Part shown: piece after piece, positions 13,101 to 25,100 of the stretch
Position numbering within the stretch: position 1 is the first letter of the stretch
Layout of the letters: every line of letters begins with the position of its first letter
Assembly (NCBI GenBank): GCA_038087875.1
Contig: CM075991.1
Location: 10,728,001 to 10,792,000, forward strand
Length of the DNA: 64,000 nt
From: Malacoraja senta
Taxonomy: Eukaryota
Direction: 5' to 3'
Notes under the pieces: generated by a model
The model's database searches: none
Seen by the model: only the letters and a program-made list of their open reading frames with translations
What the model was told of the DNA's origin: nothing
Made by a program: the position numbers and the translations under genes

Positions 13101-16100
13101 ACCTTTGAGACTTGACTGGTTTCTGACCCAAACCAGTGCATTGTGCAGTTTAGGTTGCTCTTTGGACTTTACCCTTTAGAGATCTTCTTTTTGCGTACGG
13201 CATGCACAGCTTAAAGTTGTCGACAACTTGTTCTATTTGATTGTGCACGCCGGGTTGATTGCATTCGTCGAAACATGGCGGACCACGTGAAGGTTGCAAT
13301 CTCCCACCCCAACCCTTTAGAGATATAGCGTGGAAACAGGCCCTTATCCCACTGAGTCCAGCGATCGCCCCGTACACGAGCACTGTCCTACACACTAGGG
13401 ACAATTTATAACTTACAGGAGCCAATTCACCTACAAACCTCCATGTCTTTGGAGTGTGGGAGGAAACCGGAGCACCCGGAGAAATCCCACGCGGTCACAG
13501 GGAGAACGTACAAACTCCGTACAGAGAGCACCTGTAGTCAGGATTGATCTCAGGTCTCTGGCACTGTAAGGCAGCATCTCTACAGCTGTGCCTCCGTGCC
13601 GCCCATTATAAATTCCTAACATGACTACATTGAAGGGGCACCAACTTTCTCCTTCACCGACAAACAGATTGCAAATGGAAGTAGGGTCATTATAACCAAC
13701 ACAAAACAAAAATCTGCCTCCACATTTGTCTCATGATCTGAGAGACCCTTTGCAGATCCATTATCCAGTACAACATTCAAAGTTAGCTAATGACTTTAAC
13801 TTACCACCTTGCAACGGCAAAGTTAAAATGCTTTGGATTTTACCTTCAGTTCCGTGGGCACTTGGAGTTTTGGTGTGTTGAGTCCAAAAAGCATATCAAT
13901 CCCAACAAAAATCAGAATAGTCGCGAAGATAGAAAAGTCGCTGATAAGTTTGCGGAGCTTAGAGAGAAGGACCCAAGAGTTGGGAAATCATCCAGAGACA
14001 GGCAGTGCAGAAGAAAGGAGGATGGATGGATGGATGAGGAAGAGAAAGAGGAAAGCATTAGAATAAACATTTTCAATGTCGGTTCGTGGGAAGACGTTGT
14101 GCTTCACCTCAAATAATGTCTTTCACATCAAATTTCCCCAACTGGAGAAGAGTTTCGTTTAGTATAGAGATACAGCAAAGAAACAGGCTTTTAAGCCCAC
14201 CGAGTCCACACCAACCTTCAATCACCTGTGCAGGAAGGAACTGCAGATGCTGGTTTACACCCAAGATAGACACAAAATGCTGGAGTAACTCAACGGGACG
14301 GGCAGCATCTCTGGAGAGAAGGAATTGGGTGACGGACGGTCTCGACCCGAAAGGTCACCCATTCCTTCTCTCCAGAGATGCTGCCTGTCCCGCTGAGTTA
14401 CTCCAGCATTGTGTGTCTACCAGGGTTGGGTTAGATGTCCATGCACCCTTCCTCTGCTCATTCCAGGCCAACCATGGTATCAGATAATGCCACTGCTTTT
14501 CAGATGGTCTTGAGAGACTAGACTTAAGGAGTAAAGTTGAGCGTTGAGAGTAGCCAAGTTTGGCTTGAAAATGATTGTGAAAGCAGTGTAAAAGAGGCGG
14601 GAGAGAATAGAGAGGCTACCTCTTCAGCGTGACACCATGCAGCACTAAGTCGGTCAGACCTGCGGGCACGGATGTAGTTTAAAGGGTGAAGAGTAGAAGG
14701 TGTACAGGGGGGGAGGGGGTGAGGGGGTGGGGGGTGGGAAGCAGCCAAGTGCTATTCAGACCTTGATTCTGCTGGGGACATGCAGCTTGGGGGTGTCCAG
14801 TCCGACTACAGCATCGATCCCACAGAACACAAGGATGGAGATAACCGTGGAAAAGTCAGTGATCAAGCCCCGGATCTAGTGGAAAACAAAGGGGTGAGTA
14901 GAAATGGGGAAGGAAGGAAGGAAGGGAACAAACACATGCACTGTTGTGGGCCCCGTGCAGGAACAGGGGCGAGGGGAATTGGTCTGTTACCCCTGCAGAG
15001 TTAACTCAGCAGAAACAGAGAGGCTACAACAACAAACTCAACAAGGGCACTGAGGAATATATGCATTCAGTTCAGTTCAGTTTAGTTTTAGTTTAGTTTA
15101 GACAATAGACAATAGGTGCAGGAGTAGGCCATTCGGCCCTTCGAGCCAGCACCGCCATTCAATGTGATCATGGCTGATCATCCACAATCAGTACCCCGTT
15201 CCTGCCTTCTCTCCATATCCCCTAACTCTGCTATCTTTAAGAGCCCAATCAAGCTCTCTCTTGAAAGTATCCAGAGAACCTGCCTCCACCGCCCTCTGAG
15301 GCAGAGAATCCCACAGACTCACCACTCTCTGTTTTAGTTTAGTTTGGTTTAGTTTAGCTCAGGAATGAACTGCAAATGTTGGTTTATACCGAAGATAGAC
15401 GCAAAATGCCGGAATAACACGGTCAGACACATCTCTGGAGAACATAAATAGATGACGTTTCAGGGTTTTTGAGTGGGTGCTGACCCAAAACATCATCTAT
15501 TCCTTTTCTCCAGAGATGATGTCCAATCTGCTGAGTTACTCCAGCATTTTGTGTCTATCTTTAGTTTAGTCTGCTGTCCCGGTGAGTTTTATTGTCTGTA
15601 TAACTCGTTATCATCTAGCACACAACCAATAAATGTCCGTTTCCTTGATCATTGTTACTTTGTTGTATATCTTTAATTCATCTATTCTGTATCTCCCTAC
15701 ATCATTGCCTATATCTCTCATTTCCCTCTCCCCTGACTCTCAGTCTGAAGAAGGGTCTCGTCCTGAAAGTTGTAAACCTATTCCTTATCTCCAGAGAAGC
15801 TGCCTGACTCACTGAGTTACTCCAGTTTTTTGTCTCCCTTTAGTTTAGTTTAAGGGCCCGTCCCACTTTCACGACCTAATTCACGACCTTTTTTGACTCG
15901 TGGACATTTTTCATCATGTTGAAAAAACGCCCCGACCTACTTGATGCCACGAGTACCTACGACTAGCATCACGGCCTGCTACGACCTACCTACGACCTCG
16001 TGACAACCATGCTGCGAGTATGAGTCAAGGGCAAACTCGGCAGAGGTCGTGAATTAGGTCGTGAAAGTGGGACAGGCCCTTTAGTTTAGCTTAGAGATAC

Positions 16101-19100
16101 AGCGTGGAAACAGGCTCTGTGGCCCACTGAGTCCATGCCATCCATCAATCACCCATACACTATCACTATCCTATACACCAGGGAGAATTTACAGAGGCCA
16201 ATTAACTTACAAACCTGCACGTCTTTGGGATCTGGGGGGGAAAACGGAGTTCGTGGAGAAAAGACTTGCGGTCACGGGGAGAATGTACAAACTCCGTACA
16301 GACAGCACCCATAGTCCGGATCAAACCCGGGTCTCTGGCGCTGTAAGGTAGCAACTCTACCGCTGCACCACCGAGCTGCCGCTAAGGTCGTGGACCAACA
16401 ATGCCTACTTCTCTCACGGGAAGTTGGATGTTGCGGATCCATCAGACAGACCAAGCTCTGGACCGGGAAGGGACTTGACGCTGCCGAACCAGTGGGCCCA
16501 CTTACCTTGGTTGGGAAATAACGACTGGACTTGAACTTTTTGAGGGTCGTGGTCAGAGAGTAGGTGCCGAAGAAGAGGATGAAGGACATGAGGGCCAGGT
16601 CTGGGACATACTTGCAGGACTTGCCAACCAGGCTGCCACCGTACTTCAGGCACTCCTTCTTGCTGAGCTGGCTCCAGTCGAGGGCTGTGTTGTTGCCAAC
16701 ATTGTACTTGGGACAGAATGGAAAGAGTCAGTGTTAGCGCGTGGGAAGGAACTGGTTTACACTGAAGATAGACACAAAATGCTGGAGTAACTCAGTGGGG
16801 CAGGCAGCATCTCCGGAGAGAAGGAATGGGTGACGTTTCGGGTCGAGACCCTTCTTCAGACTGATGTCAGTCCTACTTTCCCTCATCCCATCTCTCCGGA
16901 GATGCTGCCTGTCCCGCTGAGTTACTCCAGCATTTTGTGTCTACATTCGAGTCAGTGTTAATGCTCGGCCGACCAAATACACTGGGGCTGACTGCCAGAC
17001 CGGCTCTTGGACCCCACTGTGAGCCCAGAGACCTGCTCTGTGAAGTCTACTCCTAACTAAGCAACCAAACAGTAATGGCATGCAACACCAAGTAACCGCA
17101 TCAGTAGAGGTGGGATGAAGGCTCCCAGAACCTTTTAGGTTTGGGTTTAGGTATATTATTGTCGTGTATACCGTGAGGCACAGTGAAAAGATTTTTTTTT
17201 TAATTAAAAAAAATATATATATATTTGTTAGAAGCAGTGTACAAAAATATAAGCAGTGGCATATGACATAATACAGTTATTGTACAGCTTCAGTTTTAAT
17301 TTTTAGCTAAAGTTAAGAGAAAAGAAGAGAGAGAAAGCAAGAGAGAGAAAAAGTGGAATGTGTAAGGATAGAACCCCTGGACTGGCAAACTGGTGTCGCC
17401 AAAGAGTGAGTAAGTAGAAGAAATAAGGATGACGTCGAGAAATAAAAAGACAAAAACAGAAAGAAAAACAGAAGGTGATGATATACCTGCCTCGTGTCCC
17501 TCCCCACCCATCACCCAACCCGTAATTAGATTTAACTCCAAAATTGTGTTGCATCATACTATCCTTGTAAGTGAAAAGCTTTGTTTTGCAGGCTCTTCCA
17601 AAGCATGGATTTGGATAAACCATCGAAATGGGTAATGATCAGATATTATACATAAAACAATCAAGTCCAACTCCAGTACAACAGATAGAGCAAAGGGGGA
17701 GATACAGAGTGCAGAATATGGTTCTCAGCATTGGAGCGCACCAGTTCCAGAGACAAAGTCCAATGTCCGCAGTGGGGTAGAGGTGAATCGGACAGTACTC
17801 TTGCTACACAAGGGTGGTTTATAACCCTGATAACAGAGGGGAAGAAGCTGTTCCTGAGTCTGGTGGTGTGCACTGACAAGCTTCTGTTCCTTCTGCCGGA
17901 CGGGAGCGGGGAGAAGAAGGAATGGGACAAGTCTTTGATTATGTCGGCTGCTTTTCCAATCAAGTGTAGATGGAGTCAATGGTGGGGAGTCTGGTCTGGG
18001 TGATGGACTGGCTACATCTACAACTCTCTTGAACTTTTGTCTCGTTTAGTTTGGAGATAGGAGCGTGGAAACAGGCCCTTCGGCCCACCGTCTATACTGA
18101 CCAGCGATCACCCATAGACGAGTTCTATCCTACCAATTTACAGAAGCCAATTAACCTACAAACCTGCACGTCGTTGGAACGTGAGAGAAAACTGGAGCAC
18201 CCGGAGAAAACCCAGGCGGTCAAGGGGGAGAACGTAGAAGCTCCACATACAGACAGTGCCCGTAGTCAGGATCGGACCTGGGTCTCTGGCGCAGTGAGGC
18301 AGCAACTCTACCGCTGCGCCAACGTTCCGCGGAACTCAGTGACCCAAACATTTGGGAATGTGACTGAAGAGAACAACTCTTGCTGGGCTGAAGATAGGAA
18401 AACTGAAAAAAATTGTGGAAACTGCAAACTTACCAAATAAATATTAGTGTTGTTAAACGCCAGTGATTCTGAAGCGTTGAAGAAGGTTGTGTTCACTGCG
18501 AGGCAATAAAAGAGAGTCATTAGTTTGATGAACTACATCTCGCCAATATAGATTTGAAATTTCCCAACCCCATTCGCTTTCTATAGACAATAAACAATAG
18601 ACAATAGGTGCAGGAGTAGGCCATTCGGCCCTTCGAGCCAGCACTGCCATTCAATGTGACCATGGCTGATCATCCACAATCAGTACCCCATTCCTGCCTT
18701 CTCCCCATATCCCCTGATTCCTTGATGATGCTGCCTCAAAAAGGCTGGCAGCATCATCAAGGACCCACATCATCCTGGCCACACACTCATCTCCCCGCTA
18801 TCTTCGGTACAGGAGCCTGAAGACTGAAACGTCCAGGTTCAGAAACAGCTTCTTCCCCACAGCCATCAGGCTATTGAACTCAACTCAAACAAAACTCTGA
18901 ACATTAGTTGGTATGTCCCATTTGCGTAATGCTCATAAAAAATATTTGTTTCTCCCTTTTTCCTCTTTCTCTTTCTCCTTCTTTTCTAGGGTTTATTTCT
19001 TAACTCTTTTTCTTTTGTTTTTAATTTTGTTCTTATAGGGTCTTCGTCCTTTTTTGTTGTCACATTTTCTACACTCTCACTTTTTCCTTCACTTTCTTCT

Positions 19101-22100
19101 TTCTTTCAATCTTATCCTTTCCTTTTTCTAGTGTAAAAAATAAATGGAGTACATTAATTGTAAGAAGACATAAGTGACGAGTACTAATGTATGTGGTTGT
19201 AATGTAATGTACTTCTAATAAATTAAAAAAAAAAAAAAAAATACTCTGAACATTAATAGCCCATTATCTGTTTATTTGCACTTTATCAGTTTTTATTTAT
19301 TCATGTGTGTATACATTTATATAATGGTATATGGACACACTGATCTGTTCTGTATTCATGCCTACTATGTTCTGTTGTGCTGAAGCAAAGCAAGAATTTC
19401 ATTATCCTATCTGGGACACATGACAATAAACTCTCTTGAATCTTGACTCCGCTATCTTTAAGAGCCCTATCTAGCTCTCTGAAAGCATCCAGAGAACCAG
19501 CCTCCACCGCCCTCTGAGGCAGACAATTCCAGACTCACAACTCTCTGTGTGAAAAAGTGTTTCCTCATCTCCGTTCTAAATGGCTTACCCCTTATTCTTA
19601 AACTGTGGTTTGAGATTGAGATTGATATTATGCACTGAATTTGTTTTTCTTTATATCTCTTCTCTCCACAGCCATTTTTTTTCTGGAGAAATTACCTTGC
19701 TTTTATCGGGAGAAGTTGTTTCTCTGCTCTGTCTTTGGACCAAATCAATGGACTGCTTTACAATTGACTGTTCTCTCTGAACCCAGAGGCCTACCCTGCC
19801 TCAAGTACCATGGCTGGTGTCGATAAAATACTTGGTTGTGTAAAAAGAATAATCCTCCATTAAAACTCTCCATCTCCAGTGTGATCACTAATCATTTTCT
19901 TCCGCTCCTCCGTGAAGGGACCGCATCACCCCGATCCTGGCCTCTCTCCACTGGCTCCCTGTGCGGTTCCGTATACATTTCAAGATCCTCCTCTATGTCT
20001 ACAAAGCCCTCAATGGGCTTGCCCCCACCTACATTAAAAGTCTTCTCACCCACCACTCCACCTCCAGGTCCCGCAGATCGGCCGACTTGGGGTTGCTGAA
20101 TATCCTTCTTGGCATAAGCTCAGGGGCGACCGTGCCTTTGCGGTTGCAGCTCCTAGACTGTGGAACAGCATCCCCCTTCCCATCAGAACTGCCCCCTCCT
20201 TCAACTCCTTTAAGTCAAGACTAAAAACATATCTATACTCCCAAGCCTTTCTTGACGTCCTCTGAGTGAGGGCTACATGTATATATGTATGTAGTTTGTT
20301 TGTTTATATTATTCTTATAACAATTGTAAAGCACTTTGGCCAACGAGAGTTGTTTTTTAAATGTGCTATATAAATAAATGTGACTTGACTTGACTAAGCT
20401 GGGGGGCAGTGTTAGCTGTGAGGAGGATGCTAGGAGACTGCAAGGTGACTTGGATAGGCTGGGTGAGTGGGCAAATGTTTGGCAGATGCAGTATAATGTG
20501 GATAAATGTGAGGTTATCCACTTTGGTGGCAAAAACAGGAAAGCAGACTATTATCTAAATGGTGGCTGATTAGGAAAAGGGGAGATGCAGCGAGAGCTGG
20601 GTGTCATGGTACACCTGTCATTGAAAGTAGGCATGCAGGTGCAGCAGGCAGTGAAGAAAGCGAATGGTATGTTAGCTTTCATAGCAAAAGGATTTGAGTA
20701 TAGGAGCAGGGAGGTTCTACTGCAGTTGTACAGGGTCTTGGTGAGACCACACCTGGAGTATTGCGTACAGTTTTGGTCTCCAAATCTGAGGAAGGACATT
20801 ATAGCCATAGAGGGAGTACAGAGAAGGTTCACCAGACTGATTCCTGGGATGGCAGGACTTTCATATGAAGAAAGACTGGATAGACTTGGCTTATACTCGC
20901 TAGAATTTAGGAGATTGAGAGGGGATCTTATAGAAATGTACAAAAATCTTATGGGGTTGGACAGGCTAGATGCAGGAAGATTGTTCCCGATGTTGGGGAA
21001 GTCCAGGACAAGGGGTCACAGCTTAAGGATAAGGGGGAAATCCTTTAAGACCGAGATGAGAAAAAACTTTTTCACACAGAGAGTGGTGAATCTCTGGAAC
21101 TCTCTGCCACAGAGGGTAGTTGAGGCCAGTTGATTGGCTATATTTAAGAGGGAGTTAGATGTGGCCCTTGTGGCTAAAGGGATCAGGGGGTATGGAGAGA
21201 AGGCAGGTACGGGATACTGAGTTGGATGATCAGCCATGATCATATTGAATGGCGGTGCAGGCTCGAAGGGCCGAATGGTCTACTCCTGCACCTATTTTCT
21301 ATGTATCTATGTATCGATGTTTGATCTTGTTGTCACAATAAATGATAAAGACTGGGTCAGAATATGAAACTAATCCATCTTATCAGTGGAGAAACAAGGA
21401 ACTGTAGCTGCTGGTTTACAAAAAAACAACAACAATGTGCTGGAGTAACTCAGCAGATCAGGCAACGTTTCTGGAGGATGTTTCGGGTCGGGGCCCTTCA
21501 TCGGATTCAATCAGACTCTTAATTATTTTTTATACATTTATGTGTCCAAAATTCATTTTTTATACAGTGGTTATAGACTCTGTGGAAATTCACATGATCC
21601 ATTCCCCTCGTGATTTTCTACACCTCTATAAGACCACCCTACAGCCTCCTGCGCTCCAAGGAATAAAATCCTAGTCTGGCCAACCTTTCCCTATAGCTCA
21701 GGCCCCCAAATCTCTTGCAGCTCATGAAATTTCCGGCGACCTGCTGCGACTATGACGGGTGAAAATGCTGAAAATGCCACCATGCTATTGGACTTTGCCA
21801 CCAACCCTGCCAGCACGCCCCACACTCTCAGTGTAAAAACGTTTTAAAACTTTGCGCCTTTTTGGCTTTTGGCTCTGCCCTCTGATATTTGACATTTCCA
21901 CCCTGGGAAAAAGGTTCTGAATGTCTACCCTATCTGCGCCCCTCATAATTTTAGAGATTTCAATCGCATCTCCCTTCAACCTCTGGCATTCCAGACAAAA
22001 CAATTCAAGTCTGCAGCATGTAGAGGCAACTCAAAGTGGCTGGTTAGTCTACTGAAGGCCTATTGAAGTTCAATGGTTTCTTTACCATCACGTGTACCAA

Positions 22101-25100
22101 GGTACAGTTAAATATTTTTTTTGTACAAAATTAGCCCTGTACATAAAGACAAACCCTCTGGTTAATACCGAATGTACAGGACAGCCCATTGAGTCAACAT
22201 GCAAGAGGCACCATTTTGACACCATTTCACACCTAGGACAAAGGTCTTTCGCAGTTGCCACCTCCACACATCTTTAGGAAGTTGGGAGGAAACCTACACA
22301 CAGTTACAGGGATGTAGATACAAAATCTGGAGTAACTCAGCAGACAGGCAGCAACTCTGGAGAGAAGGATTGGGTGACGAAGGGTCTCGACCCCGAAACG
22401 TCACCCATTCCTTCTCCCCAGAGATGCTGCCTGTCCCGCTGAGTTACTCCGACCTTTTGTGTCCATCTTTGGTTCAAACCAGCATCTGCACGGTCACAGG
22501 GGGTACGTGCAAACGCCGCGCAGTTTAGCACCGGACGTCAGGGTTGCTGAGCCGCGAGGCAGCAGCTTCACTGGACCGCACCCAACGCAACGCTCTGGGA
22601 GCAGTGAGGCTTCTAACATGCAAAGCAGCAAGCCATGCGAGGGATCGAAGGTGTGGTGATCAGAGGTGCCCTTTAGAATGGAGGACTTTGATTGCAAAAG
22701 CCCCCATTCTCAACACTTGTGCGAGGCAGCCATCTACCATCTACCCAGTCTCAGTCACTAGTCTAGACAAAGCATTGGGAGACATCAGAGACGAGGAGAG
22801 TCCTTATTGATTACTTACTCAGATGTGAAAGCACCAAACAGTGTTTGCAGCAAATATGAAAGCAGTTAATAAGGCGTTACAATAGTTAAATTAACAGAAC
22901 TTGGAAAAATCATATTCATCATATAGTTCATAAAATCTTAGGAGCAGAGTTAGACCATTCAGCCATCAAGTCTACTCCGCCATTTTGATCACGGCTGATC
23001 TATCTTTCCCTCTCACCGCATTCTCCTGCTTCCTGAAGGGTGTGGATGACTTTCTGAAGTCAATGGATATTTTTAAGGTAGAGATAGATAGATTCTTGAT
23101 TAGTACGGGTGTCAGGGGTTATGGGGAGAAGGCGGGAGAATGGGGTTAGGAGGGAGAGATAGATCAGCATGATAGGGTAGCAGAGTAGACTAGATGGGCA
23201 GAATGGCCTAATTCTGCTCCTATCGCTTATGATATAACCTTCTCCCATAACCCTCGACACCGTTATTAATCACGAATCTGGCAATCTCCGCCTTAAAAAT
23301 ACCCAATGATTTGGGCCTCCACAGCCGTCTGTGACATTGAATTCCACAGATTCACCACCCTCTGACTAATAGCCCTGTCCCACTGTACGAGTTCATTCCA
23401 AGAGCTCTCCCGAGTTAAAAAAAAAATCAACTCGTGGTAAGCACGGAGAATGAACGTAGCGGGTACGTCGGAGCTCGGGGACGTCTCTTAGCGCTAACGG
23501 CAGGTACTCGGGAAGACTCGCTAACGGCAGGTAAGCTCGGAAGACTCGTGAAGATTTTTCAAACATGTTGAAAAATGTCCACGAGAGCCCCGAGTACCGA
23601 CGAGCGGCCATTACCGTAAATCTCCGAGTTCGAATCAGGGCAAACTCGGGAGAGCTCTTGGAATGAACTCGTACCGTGGGTCAGGGTTAAAGCTTCAAAG
23701 AAAAGTCGCTTGGAGAGGAACGTTGCCAGTGGTCACCACGGGAAGGGGTAGGATTTTTACAGATTCATAAAAAGGTGCAGCACAGAAGTGGGTCCTTTAG
23801 CCCACCGTATCCGTTATGCCTCTCCGCGCTACTTCCATGGGCCCTGCATTAAACCCGTATCCCTCTTCACCTAGCCTGCTGAGTGACTCCAGCACTTTAT
23901 GTCTTTCTGTTGTAGACCAGCACCTGCAGTTTCCAATGTCTACATTTTACTGCTCCACCGAGAAATCTCCTCAAGGTACGCCTACTCTGAAGAAAGTCAT
24001 AGAGCGGGAGCAGTGAGAAAGGGTTTCACAGAACTGCCAGAGAGAGGAGAACTTCTTCAGTGGAGGAAGGAACTGCAGATGCTGGTTTAAACCGAAGATA
24101 GACACAAAAAGCTGGAGGAACTCAGCGGGACAGGCAACGTCTCTGGAGAGAGAAGGAATGGGTGATGTTTCGGGTCGAGACCCTTCTTCAGAATACAGTT
24201 CAATCATATCGTATCGTACCTGTGTCTGGAGCCTCACACTCACACTTGTACATGGTCACATAGTCAGGTTTGTAGAAGGGGTTGATGGGGTAGTACTTGA
24301 AGGCTCCGATCATCTTCTTGATGGCGTCGTAGATGAAGATGAAGCTGATGAGCATGGAGAAGCCTCTTCCGTGAACGCGTGATGTACTTGATAATGAAGC
24401 TGGCGTCCGTGGCGACCAGAAGAAGGCATTGTAAGGCGGAATGGAGGCCAATCCAGAGCCGGAATTCCAGGTAGTCTATGCCATTACTCCTGCAGGACAG
24501 AGACATGACATTAGTCATAGAGTAATTCGGAGACACACCACAGAACAAAGCCCTTGGCCAACTATCGCAATGTTTAAGAAACATTTAGACATACATGGAT
24601 AGGATGGATTAGAAAGATATGGGCTAAATGCCAGCAGATGGGATTAGTGTGGATGGGAGGTACACAAAATGCTGGAGAAACTCAGCGGGTGCAGCAGCAT
24701 CTATGGAGCGAAGGAAATAGGCAACGTTTCGGGCCGAAACCCTTCTTCAGATCCTAGTGTAGATGGGACCTGTTGGTCGGCTTGGGCAAGTTGGGCCACT
24801 GTATGACTCCTTGACTCAAGTCCGTGCCAAACCATTAATCACCCATGATACATTCACATCCTTTAATCCTATTTTCTATAGACAATAGACAGTAGGTGCA
24901 GGAGTAGGCCATTCGGCCCTTCGAGCCAGCACCGCATTCACTGTGATCATGGCTGATCATCCACAATCAGTACCCCATTCCTGCCTTCTCCCTATATCCC
25001 CTGACTCCGCTATCTTTAAGAGCTCTACTTCTCATGATCCCTTCAACTCTGCCCGAATCCTACCACTCAACTACCAATTTACAGAGGGCCATTGAAGCCA

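Noticed and set aside
20585..21133. Repeated [13 protein letters not shown]s as a host gene family
   Set aside because: 5'-truncated CR1 ORF2 C-termini with LINE tails and no complete reverse transcriptase
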